Below are positions 44,333 through 53,266 of a DNA stretch of 64,000 nt, piece after piece. How positions within the stretch are numbered: position 1 is the first letter of the stretch; every line of letters begins with the position of its first letter. The stretch is from an uncultured Acidobacteriaceae bacterium (GTDB lineage Bacteria; Acidobacteriota; Terriglobia; Bryobacterales; Bryobacteraceae). The notes under the pieces were generated by a model. It did no database searches and was not told the DNA's origin. It saw only the letters and a list, made by a program, of their open reading frames with translations. A program made the translations under genes and the position numbers. The stretch is taken from assembly GCA_963795425.1 (NCBI GenBank), contig CAWCHO010000001.1, positions 339,086 through 403,085 of the forward strand. The letters are read 5' to 3'.

Positions 44333-46188
44333 TTATCTGGAATCGTCCTTCTTATACCGGGACAATTTCCTGCTTAGCCAATCATCAAGAATCCGTCTTT
44401 GATCGTCCGCAGCGCCGTCGGCAATCGTCAACCGGTAAGTTCTGTTGATATTCGGCGCCACTTGCACGGTCGCCCTCATCTCTTCGCCGGCTCTGTGCCA
44501 CCGGATTTCGATGTTTGTGCCGGCACCCTTCTTCAGGGCATCACTCAAGACCATCGCGGTGGAGGCGCCCCCTTCACGCTGGTTATGCGGTCGCCCGGCA
44601 CAATGCGGGCCGTGGCTGCCGGTGATCCCGCGGCGATGTCAGTCACCAGCAGCTCGAGAAGAGGCGAGCTGGCCGCCATCTCCTCGGTTCGCGTATCCAA
44701 TCCGATCCAACCGCCCGGCGCGCTCGCGCTCGATGCCTCCAACTTAAGCCCGGCGAGCGCGAAATATGGCGCGTAAGTCATTTCCTTGGCCTCCGACGCG
44801 TACTCGAAGATTCCCGTCAAGTTACCGCCAGCTGCGCTTTCGCACTCAGCGCGAAACTCGTCATCGGTGAACCCACGCTTCTCGGCCAAGTAATACCTGC
44901 GATAAAGATTGCGCATCACGTCATCGAGCGACTTCCGGTTTCCTGTTGCATGGCGGATTTTCAGATCGAGCATAGCCCCGAGCATGGCGCCGTTGTCGTA
45001 GTAAGAAATCGAGACATTGCGATCCAGGCGCACGCCAGAGCCCGAGTTCCACGCCTTGCGGCTCGCGTCCGTGGCCGATTCATAATGCCGCCCGGGCGAG
45101 TTCTCAAATCGCTCGATCTGATTCGCCATATGCGCGAGGTACTCGTCCTGGCTCATCAGGCCCGCCCGCACGAGGAGAAGCTCTTGGTAGTAGACCGACA
45201 AACCTTCCGAGACCCATAGCATATTCGTGACGTTTTCCTGCTCGTAGTCGAGGGGACCAAGCGCTAGCGGACGGATGCGTTTCACGTTGAAGTTGTGAAA
45301 GTATTCGTGGGCGATGAAGCTCAACCATCTCTGGTAACCTGCCGACGACTTCAGGCTGTCGCCATCGAATTGGTTTGCCGAGGAATTGGCATGTTCAATG
45401 CCGCCTCGTTCGCGGCCCATCATCATGAATGTGTAATGGCTGTATGGGACAACGCCCATCAAATCAGTCGCGGCAGTCACAATGGCTTTGAGGTCGGCCA
45501 ACATTTTGCCGCGGCCGATCTCCGCCGGCACATTTTCTATCACAACCAGATGCGGCACACGCTTTACTTCGAACGTCAACCGCTCCTGGCGGCCGATGAG
45601 AATAGGGCAGTCGTATAAAACGTCGAAATCGGGCGCCTCAAAGAAATTGGGCTGCGTCTTCTTCGCGTCCAGTCCTGTTGAAATGGCCCATCCGGCCGGG
45701 GGACGGATCTGAACAGTTACCGGGCGCTGAATCACTCCATCCACATTGACGAACATGCTTGCAGGCGTGATGAAGCCCCGGTCCTCTCCGATATACGAAG
45801 CCGCCGGAAAGGCTGTTGTCGCCAGAACGTCGTAATTCAATACGACTACTGATGCATTAGCGGCCACCACTCGCCACGTGTTGTTCGCAGTCTTCTCCCA
45901 TGGCAAGAGACGGCGCGCACCATCTTCCGCTTTGAAGTGAGATACATTTCTCGCATAGTCGATGATTCCGTAATACCCGGGCGTCCAGCGCGGCAACTTG
46001 AAATCGTGCAATTCGCCGCCAACGCCTTCACAATTGAGCGTCACATGATACAAGTGGCCGGCGCGTTCGGGCATGGACACCGTGAAGCTCATCTTCACGT
46101 CGCCTGCGCAGGCGTACGCTGCCGAGCCGAGCAGAACAATCGTTAGCGCCAGGGCCGGTCTGCTCGACGACGAACGGAGCAAGATCAT
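44333..46188 (-). pseudogene. M61 glycyl-aminopeptidase-family metallopeptidase with PDZ domain, frameshifted in the PDZ region
   Basis: ORF 44545..46320 carries 'HEYFHNFN' (HExxH) and 'WVSEGLSVY'. Its PDZ segment '...GDRITSVKGAPPPRWS*' stops early, and ORF 44333..44554 continues it as '(GGASTA)MVLSDALKKGAGTNIEIRWHRAGEEM...'. The break is at a C5 run at 44570-44574. The start at 46188 makes an ATGA overlap with the upstream gene. Confidence 0.75.
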
Positions 46189-47930
46189 TTGCAGCCGGGA
46201 ACCTTGAACGCTCCGATACGCGTGGTCGAGGATGACGCACCGGCCTTGAGATAGTTTCCCGCAAACCAAAAAGTGCAATCGTCGGAAGGATCGAGGGTGA
46301 TGTCTGTAAAGTCCTCCCACCGCAAGGTCGTGGTCTGCGAAGCCTGTCCCTCGGCGAGAATCGATTCGTGGTACGTGAGGAGACTATTCGGGTCGCCCGC
46401 AGCGCGCGCGGAAAAACGCTGGCCGGGGTAATTTGGGCCGCCACCGAAGGAATACCCAATGGCGACATCGCCTCTGCGGTCGATGGCCATGCTAGCCAGC
46501 CAGCGGGAAAAACGATCGGGCGCATAGGTCGATTGCTGATAGGGTGCGGGGTTGCCCTTGTCGTCGAGACGGAACTCGTACCATCGGATGCCGCCGCCAT
46601 GCGCTGCTGTTGCAACGGAATGCTCGGCTACGAGAGATTGATGATCGCCGAAGTTCCGATAAATGAGTCCCTGCATGAGCTTGTCACCTTGCGAGTCCAG
46701 CCGCCGATTAGTGCCGGGCTGCGAGACGCAGTTACTAAGCTGGCCATTGCAGAGATAATGGTACGGCGCTACCGGGATCTTCCGCGGCTGCGAGACAGAG
46801 GTTTTCGAAAGGTCGTTCCAATCGACGTGAACCTTGTAGAAGTAAATGCCGTCATCTTCGAAGCGCTCGAGTAGCTGCGTGCCGCCCGTAGACATCATGA
46901 TGTTGGGAGCTCGACGGGGCGGCGGGCGCGTGCCGTAAACGTCAGCGTTAAGCATGAAGACCGCCGAATCGATCACGATGCACTGCTCAGTCGCGGGTAG
47001 GCCGCGGAGCATCTTTCGGCGCTCGGCAATGCATTCGTGCTTCTGAGTGACGATGCCGGGCAGCAGGTTGTCGCTCGTGCTGGTCGGATTGTAGTAGCCA
47101 TCAGGCCACACCGCCGGGCGCGGATAATCAGGGAAGAGCGGCCGCTCAAATTCATAGCGGTAGTAAGCACCTAGCGGGTCAGCGGTCGCGCTTACGGCGT
47201 AACACATCGCGTACGGCCGTTGAGGATTGTCCAGCGGGCGAGTGAACACGGGAACTACGATGAGCCAGCGCTTCGCGAGCTGGTCATAGCGCACCACCGA
47301 GTCCGCGTTGTTGCTGACGCTGCAGCGCTCGCCGAAACCCGCGAACACGGTATTGTTGGGGACCGGGCCGTAGAGTAGCTTCCCGGTGGACGCGTACTTC
47401 CTTCCTTTTTTCGTGAAAACCGCCATATTGCCGTTCAGGATTTCGAAGACGTGATCGGTCCCGACCGCGAGACTGATGTCGATGCCTCCGCGCGCGGCGC
47501 CGGCGGGCGCAGCGGTTGTGTTTTCGGCGCCTCCAGGCAAGGCGCGGGCGGTGAAGCTCTGGCCGAGTCCGTCGAAGGCGACTTCGGGCTCGATGGCGGG
47601 CCGCTCGCCCTGCGAAGTTTGTTCGATGGCCCGCGCAGCGGAGGGAATGTCCGGAGCGGGCGGAGGCTCGGGCGGTGGCACCGCTTCTGGCCTGGGTCTG
47701 CGCGCGGATGGCGGGCGCGGCGGCGGCGGAGCCGGCGTTGTAGAACCCAATCCAGCTCCAGGACCCTTTAGTGGACCTTTGCGTACCGGCGTGCTTTCGA
47801 CGGCCGGATGGATCACGACGGGCTTATCCGGAACGAACTGTCCCTTGGCGATGGGCGCGAGAAAGACTTCCCAAGCGAACAAGGCAAGCGTCAAAGATCG
47901 TATTGCCGTGGACCTCTTATTTATCAACAT
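46185..47930 (-). CDS. Exported hypothetical protein with a proline-rich linker
   Basis: MLINKRSTAIRSLTLALFAWEVFLAPIA signal/anchor, a 'PPPPRPPSARRPRPEAVPPPEPPPAP' spacer, then a roughly 470-aa beta-rich domain ending '...DDCTFWFAGNY...'. I recognised no family. Confidence 0.7.
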   Translation of the reverse strand: MLINKRSTAIRSLTLALFAWEVFLAPIAKGQFVPDKPVVIHPAVESTPVRKGPLKGPGAGLGSTTPAPPPPRPPSARRPRPEAVPPPEPPPAPDIPSAARAIEQTSQGERPAIEPEVAFDGLGQSFTARALPGGAENTTAAPAGAARGGIDISLAVGTDHVFEILNGNMAVFTKKGRKYASTGKLLYGPVPNNTVFAGFGERCSVSNNADSVVRYDQLAKRWLIVVPVFTRPLDNPQRPYAMCYAVSATADPLGAYYRYEFERPLFPDYPRPAVWPDGYYNPTSTSDNLLPGIVTQKHECIAERRKMLRGLPATEQCIVIDSAVFMLNADVYGTRPPPRRAPNIMMSTGGTQLLERFEDDGIYFYKVHVDWNDLSKTSVSQPRKIPVAPYHYLCNGQLSNCVSQPGTNRRLDSQGDKLMQGLIYRNFGDHQSLVAEHSVATAAHGGGIRWYEFRLDDKGNPAPYQQSTYAPDRFSRWLASMAIDRRGDVAIGYSFGGGPNYPGQRFSARAAGDPNSLLTYHESILAEGQASQTTTLRWEDFTDITLDPSDDCTFWFAGNYLKAGASSSTTRIGAFKVPGCK

Positions 47931-48071
47931 TGCGTCCTCCCGAGATCCATCCAAGGATCGACCTGATGACGTCATGTCCTGATGCAAAAGTCTATCTCGC
48001 GGCGGGTATGATTTGACTAGCGAATGCTCGAGGACGAGTGCGCAGAGCGTTTCCGATAACGAGCGAGCATG

Positions 48072-48731
48072 CTACAATTCCTGCCCCGTCAATTCCAGAC
48101 GCGGCTCGCGGACACGGGCATTTCCTATACTAACTTCCGACTGCGCGAGCTTAATCAGCTGAATGAATTTCGCGACTGTATCGGTCCGCAGCAGTGGAAG
48201 AAACCAGCGATATAAGTCAAAAGCCTGTTGCGGCTCGCCGTTCTGCGCAACATTGAAGAGTTCTGCCGATTCACGAGGAAAGGCATTCGCCAAGCCTGCT
48301 ATCCGCCCCGTCGCTCCCACGGCCGCGCCTTCGACAATCGCATCATCCACTCCAACGAGCAGTTGCAAACGATCGCGCAAGAGCGCGCGGATGGCAGTTA
48401 CCTGTCGCGCATCGGTGCTCGATTCCTTAACCGATTCCAAGTTCTCGTTCTCAGCCGGCAACTCCACTATCTGATCGGGAAGAAAATCGGTCCCATAAGA
48501 CACCAAATTGTTATATAGCATGCAGGGAAGCGCGGTGGCGCCAAAGACGGAGGATTGTACTTTTTTATCGAATATCAGGGTTGCGCGTTCGCCCAGCGAC
48601 CCTAAAGCAACGATGCCGGTACAGCCGTTATCGATCATCCAGCGGCAGTGATCAGCGATGAAGCCAGTGTCGACCCGACATTGGGCGTCGAAGCAGGTAG
48701 TAATTGCGGGCATCACGCCCTTCCAATTCAT
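48072..48731 (-). pseudogene. DapA/N-acetylneuraminate-lyase-family (class I aldolase) gene, apparently internally deleted
   Basis: The N-terminus 'GVMPAITTCFD...GCTGIVALGSLGERATL' joins directly to 'LPCMLYNN...SVKESS'. The gene is 219 aa against roughly 295 for the family, and about 70-75 residues (strands 3-4 of the barrel) are missing. The C-terminus also looks short. Confidence 0.5.
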
Positions 48732-48937
48732 CCGTTCCTCCTACGGTCACTCAACTTGTCCGTGTGTTGCGTTACCGCTTGACAATTGGACGCGCGCGCG
48801 GCACTGAAATGGCCGGCGTGTCCCCTCTCATATTGCCGCGAACAGCACGTACGGTCATAGGAAGACTTGCTCTCGCAGATTAGACCGGCCCTGTTACGCC
48901 CGAGAAATCTGTTCGAAAACGTTGGATCGCTACGAGA

Positions 48938-51163
48938 TTAGAACTGGACTGCGGTTCTGGGCCCCTCGAATAGAATCTGCTTTCTTTGCCCGCCCATGTG
49001 GAGTTCGATAGCTCTCGGGCCGAGACTGAGCATGCGCGAACCGCGCATGAGCCCGAGCGTCGCGAGGCGCTGCTTCTCATGCCACGCGATGCTCGTGCCC
49101 ATCCAGTCGCCGGCTCGATATCGGAACGACACGCCATCGTCTTCATACAAAAGAAAGCGGCAGTCGGCGCCGGGATAGATGTGAATGGAGAGCGGTTCTT
49201 CGATTTTCTCGGCTGTGTATTGCTTCACTGGCCCCATCGGAATGATCGAACCAGCGCGCACATACAGCGGCATTGTTTCGAGATCAACCGGCCGGCTGAT
49301 CTCGCGCGCTCCCTCAAGAATTTCGCCCGTCCAATAGTCGACCCAGGCACCGCGTGGAAGATAGAGTTGCCGCATCCTTGCGCCGCGTTCGACGACGGGA
49401 GCGACGAGAATGGTCGGTCCCCACAGGTATTCATCGCCGCGCGCGACTGCGACCGCATCCTCGGCATAGTGCAACCACAAAGCTCTCAGTATGGGCATGC
49501 CGCTAACGGTGCATTCCCGCGCGACGCTGTATAGATATGGCATCAGCCGGTAACGCAGCTCGAGATATTTGCGGCAGATAGGCTCGACTTGCGTATTGTG
49601 CAATTGGCTGGGATCTGGAACGGCAGCTCCGCCGTAATTGCTGATCTCCATCGGCCCTGGATCTCCAGTGTTCCATCCCCAAGGCAAACGCAGCTTCCAA
49701 TTACGGCCGTGCGCGCGGAAAAGCGGGCAGAACGCACCGAACTGAAACCAGCGCAAATAGAGCTCGGCGGTGAACTCCGGCGTGGGAACGAAGCCGCCGA
49801 TATCAGTGCCCCAATAGGGAAGGCCGCTTAGCGCGGTATTGATCGCATTCGCAACATGCACGCGCAAGGTCTCCCAGGTCGAGTAGACGTCACCCGACCA
49901 CAAGAACGCGCCGTAGCGCTGCATGCCGGCGTAACCGTTGCGATGGAGCGCATAGGGCCGCTCGTTCGGCCGGTCGATTTGTGGGCCCTCCCAATACAGG
50001 CGGGTGCGAACGAGGCGGGACCGGCGATCCAGAGGATCTCCTTCATCGGGCCACCATCCATCCACGCCGAGCGCAAAGTCCTTGCGATGCGCATCCCAAT
50101 AACAGCTCGCTTGATCTTCGCTGAAGCGCGCGAGTTCACAGGGATCGTGCACAGTGCCCTGCAACTGATCCGTCAGAATTACCACGTGCAAGACGACCCG
50201 AAAATGAGCTTCGTGCAGTTGATCGATGGTTCGCTTTGGATCGGGGAAAATGCGGCGATTCCACTCAAAGGAGCCATTTTCGGTGTTCCATCCAGACGGA
50301 CAAAATCCAGTTCCGAGATAGATCAGGGCATCGCACGGCAACTGTTTTTCGCGAAAGGTCTGCGCCTCCTGAATCACTTGTTCGTTGCTCGAAAGAGTTC
50401 GATGGGACTGCTGATAACCGAAACTCCATAGCGGCGGCAACTCGGGCTTGCCGGTCAGGCGCGCATATTCGGCCATGATGGTGGCCGGGTCGCGCGAGCC
50501 GATGAAAAACAAGTCGAAGGGCAGCGGGAACGCGGGAACGAAGCTTCCTTCCGAGCCCGACAAATCGAATCGCCCCGCGGGAGCGTGGATGAACATCGCC
50601 CAACCCGAGACGCCGATCAGCCACGGAATCGAGAGACGGCCGCCGTGTGTCGCGAGTCTATACCCGCCTTGTCCGTTTCGCGCCGTATCCACAAAGCCGC
50701 GCCGGTCAAACTGGCGCCCGCCTTCACCGAGACCGAGTAGAGGCGCATTTCCCAAATCAAAGAAAAGCGCGCCGGTATTTGCGTCGAGGTTCAATCGTTG
50801 AATTGCGTCTCCCGATGGGCTTTCGACGAGGACGCGAAGCGGCTCGGCAGTAAGCGTCACATGCAAATCGCCGAATTGGTGTGTTTGCGGGCGCCATGCG
50901 CGTTCGATCTTCACGGCCGGCGGCTCGGAAGGGGTCCACACGAGCGACCCGTCGGAAGAAATCTCACCAGCGTGACCATTCTCTATCGGGAGAACCGTCC
51001 AGCGAAATGCGCACCGGCTAAGGCGCGTGAGGCGCACCTCGACGTCCGCTCCTGCAACTTGCAAGCGTTCCTCAGCTTTAGTTGTGCCGGAGTCCGAGAA
51101 TAACAATGTGGCGTTCGCGGCAGTTTGCTTGAGGATCTGCCGGCGAGTCCACGTGTGAGACAT
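48938..51163 (-). CDS. GH31 alpha-glucosidase/alpha-xylosidase, TAT-exported
   Basis: 'TRRQILKQTAA' TAT leader, 'PELPPLWSFGYQQS', 'GVDGWWPDEGD' (nucleophile region), 'FLWSGDV.STWE', 'YWGTDIGGF'. Confidence 0.9.
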   Translation of the reverse strand: MSHTWTRRQILKQTAANATLLFSDSGTTKAEERLQVAGADVEVRLTRLSRCAFRWTVLPIENGHAGEISSDGSLVWTPSEPPAVKIERAWRPQTHQFGDLHVTLTAEPLRVLVESPSGDAIQRLNLDANTGALFFDLGNAPLLGLGEGGRQFDRRGFVDTARNGQGGYRLATHGGRLSIPWLIGVSGWAMFIHAPAGRFDLSGSEGSFVPAFPLPFDLFFIGSRDPATIMAEYARLTGKPELPPLWSFGYQQSHRTLSSNEQVIQEAQTFREKQLPCDALIYLGTGFCPSGWNTENGSFEWNRRIFPDPKRTIDQLHEAHFRVVLHVVILTDQLQGTVHDPCELARFSEDQASCYWDAHRKDFALGVDGWWPDEGDPLDRRSRLVRTRLYWEGPQIDRPNERPYALHRNGYAGMQRYGAFLWSGDVYSTWETLRVHVANAINTALSGLPYWGTDIGGFVPTPEFTAELYLRWFQFGAFCPLFRAHGRNWKLRLPWGWNTGDPGPMEISNYGGAAVPDPSQLHNTQVEPICRKYLELRYRLMPYLYSVARECTVSGMPILRALWLHYAEDAVAVARGDEYLWGPTILVAPVVERGARMRQLYLPRGAWVDYWTGEILEGAREISRPVDLETMPLYVRAGSIIPMGPVKQYTAEKIEEPLSIHIYPGADCRFLLYEDDGVSFRYRAGDWMGTSIAWHEKQRLATLGLMRGSRMLSLGPRAIELHMGGQRKQILFEGPRTAVQF

Positions 51164-51177
51164 TCTGATCCGGCGAA

Positions 51178-52749
51178 CTAGACCAATCGGCCTTTGAGCA
51201 TGGTAAAAGAATGGGCGGGGAAACTGTATTTCAGCGATCGCCCGCTCGCTGCGACGGCAGGTTTCTGCTGTGTCTTTACTTCCGTGCGGTTGAAGTCGTT
51301 TTGCGACTTAATGTCTGGGCCATTCACTTCGAAAACCTGGAAATCGCCGGAAAACTGCCCATTCTCTGCTTCAAAAACAGCGTCGAGCGCTTTGTCGCGA
51401 TGGCGATTTGTCGCGTTCAGCACGAGAGTTCCTCCGGCGTTGTGCGCGGCGGAGACGTCGAGATACGGAACCCGCCCTGCGTGTGCTTCGTAAGTGGGGC
51501 TTTCTACAAGAAGATCGAGCGCGTTTCCGTGAGAATGCGTTGCAAATAGCTGCAGCGGGTAATAGATGGTCTGAAGAAACAGGCCTTTTTCGTTCGTAAA
51601 AATGGGTGCAATGACGTTGACGAGTTGCGCCATGTTGGCGATCTTCACTACGTTCGAGTGATTCACAAAGGTGTTTAGAAAACTCGAAATGACGAGCGCA
51701 TCCTCGAGATTGTAATGTTCCTCCAGGATGTTGCGGCCGTGCTTCGCGTCGCCGCCGGCGCGATACCAGACGTTCCATTCGTCCCACGCGATGTAGATCT
51801 TCTTGTCCGGAGGCGCACCCCAGAGTGCGTCGCGGATGACGCCGGCCGTAGTATCGATCCGATGGGCTAATTGGAGGGTGCTCGCCTGGAAGTTGTAGTA
51901 ATTATCGTCATGATTTCCGACGTACAGGTGCAACGACAGGAAATCGATGTGGTCTTTGAGATAGCTGAGCACCGTTCGATTCCAGCCGATCCAATCGACA
52001 CCGGCTCCGTAGTTGGATGAGCCGGCTGCAACCAGTTTGATATTGGGATCGGTCCAATGCATCAGCTTGGCGGCTTCGAGCGCAAATTTGCCGTAATCTT
52101 CGGCCGTACGATGGCCCATCTGCCACGGTCCATCCATTTCATTCCCGAGGCTCCAGTAGTTCACGCGCCAGGGTTTGTCGCGACCGTTTTTCTTGCGGAG
52201 CCTGGTCGTTGCGGTGTCGCCGTCGAAATTGACATACTCGACCCATTGCTGCGCCTCGTCCCACGAGCCAGTGCCGAGATTGGCGCAGATGTAAGGCTCG
52301 GCCCCGATTTCGGCAACATAGTCCAGAAATTCGTGCGTTCCGAATCGGTTATCTTCAACGGCGCCCCAGGCCATATCGAGACGCCGCGGGCGTGAATCGC
52401 GCGGACCGATGCCATCCTGCCAGTGATAGTTAGAGGAGAAATTTCCTCCCGGCCATCTCAGAATCGAAACGCGCAGATTTTTTACTGCCTCGAGAACGTC
52501 CCGGCGAAATCCTTCGCGATTGGACAGCGGAGAGCCCTCCTCGAAAATGCCTTGCTCAATGCATCGGCCGAGATGCTCGGTAAAATTGCCATAAAGCTTC
52601 GGATCGATCTGTCCGACGATACGGCCGGGGTCAAGCTGGATGCGAGCGGCATCGGAGCCGGTTTGAGCACCCTTCAATAGAGCGGGTGAGCAAGCGAGCA
52701 CGCGAGTAAATTCACGCCGGGACAGGAGTGCGTGTTTCATTCGGGACAA
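51178..52749 (-). CDS. GH51 alpha-L-arabinofuranosidase, TAT-exported
   Basis: 'LSRREFTRVL' leader, 'YGNFTEHLGRCI', 'LRWPGGNF', 'WSLGNEMDGPWQ' (acid/base GNE), about 500 aa. Confidence 0.9.
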   Translation of the reverse strand: MSRMKHALLSRREFTRVLACSPALLKGAQTGSDAARIQLDPGRIVGQIDPKLYGNFTEHLGRCIEQGIFEEGSPLSNREGFRRDVLEAVKNLRVSILRWPGGNFSSNYHWQDGIGPRDSRPRRLDMAWGAVEDNRFGTHEFLDYVAEIGAEPYICANLGTGSWDEAQQWVEYVNFDGDTATTRLRKKNGRDKPWRVNYWSLGNEMDGPWQMGHRTAEDYGKFALEAAKLMHWTDPNIKLVAAGSSNYGAGVDWIGWNRTVLSYLKDHIDFLSLHLYVGNHDDNYYNFQASTLQLAHRIDTTAGVIRDALWGAPPDKKIYIAWDEWNVWYRAGGDAKHGRNILEEHYNLEDALVISSFLNTFVNHSNVVKIANMAQLVNVIAPIFTNEKGLFLQTIYYPLQLFATHSHGNALDLLVESPTYEAHAGRVPYLDVSAAHNAGGTLVLNATNRHRDKALDAVFEAENGQFSGDFQVFEVNGPDIKSQNDFNRTEVKTQQKPAVAASGRSLKYSFPAHSFTMLKGRLV

Positions 52750-52915
52750 TGTCGCTGGAAGCGTTTACAACACTGTATCGCCCACTCAGCGACGTGTCAA
52801 TTTAGAGAACGCCCATATCCAGCCAAAACCGCCGGTCGCCAGCGACAAGCTTCCTATTGGATACCGATACAAGTATGCCAGTATTGTATTTATGGCGCGT
52901 CAATAGGGCTCTCGT

Positions 52916-53266
52916 ATGGCAGCTGCTAATAAGTCCGACGTTTGGCAGGGAACCCTTGCCCTGATGGTGTTAAAGACTCTGGAGATGCTGGGGCCGCTCC
53001 ATGGGTACGGAATAGCCCGACGCATCGAGCAGATCAGCGCTGAGCGGCTGGCTATCAACTACGGCACGCTCTATCCCGCGCTCTTGAAGCTGGAACAGCA
53101 AGGCTACGTTGCCTCAGAATGGAGCGTTTCGGACAAGAATCGAAAGGCAAAGTATTACAAGCTCACGCGAGCAGGCCGCAAGCAAGTCGAGAAAGGGACG
53201 CGGGAATGGGAGCAGACGACGGCAATTCTCGCGCGGTTCCTGTCGCCTCGCCGCGAATCCGTATGA
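52916..53266 (+). CDS. PadR-family transcriptional regulator
   Basis: 'LMVLKTLEMLGPLHGYGIARRIEQ...GTLYPALLKLEQQGYV' is the winged-helix PadR signature. Confidence 0.9.
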   Translation: MAAANKSDVWQGTLALMVLKTLEMLGPLHGYGIARRIEQISAERLAINYGTLYPALLKLEQQGYVASEWSVSDKNRKAKYYKLTRAGRKQVEKGTREWEQTTAILARFLSPRRESV

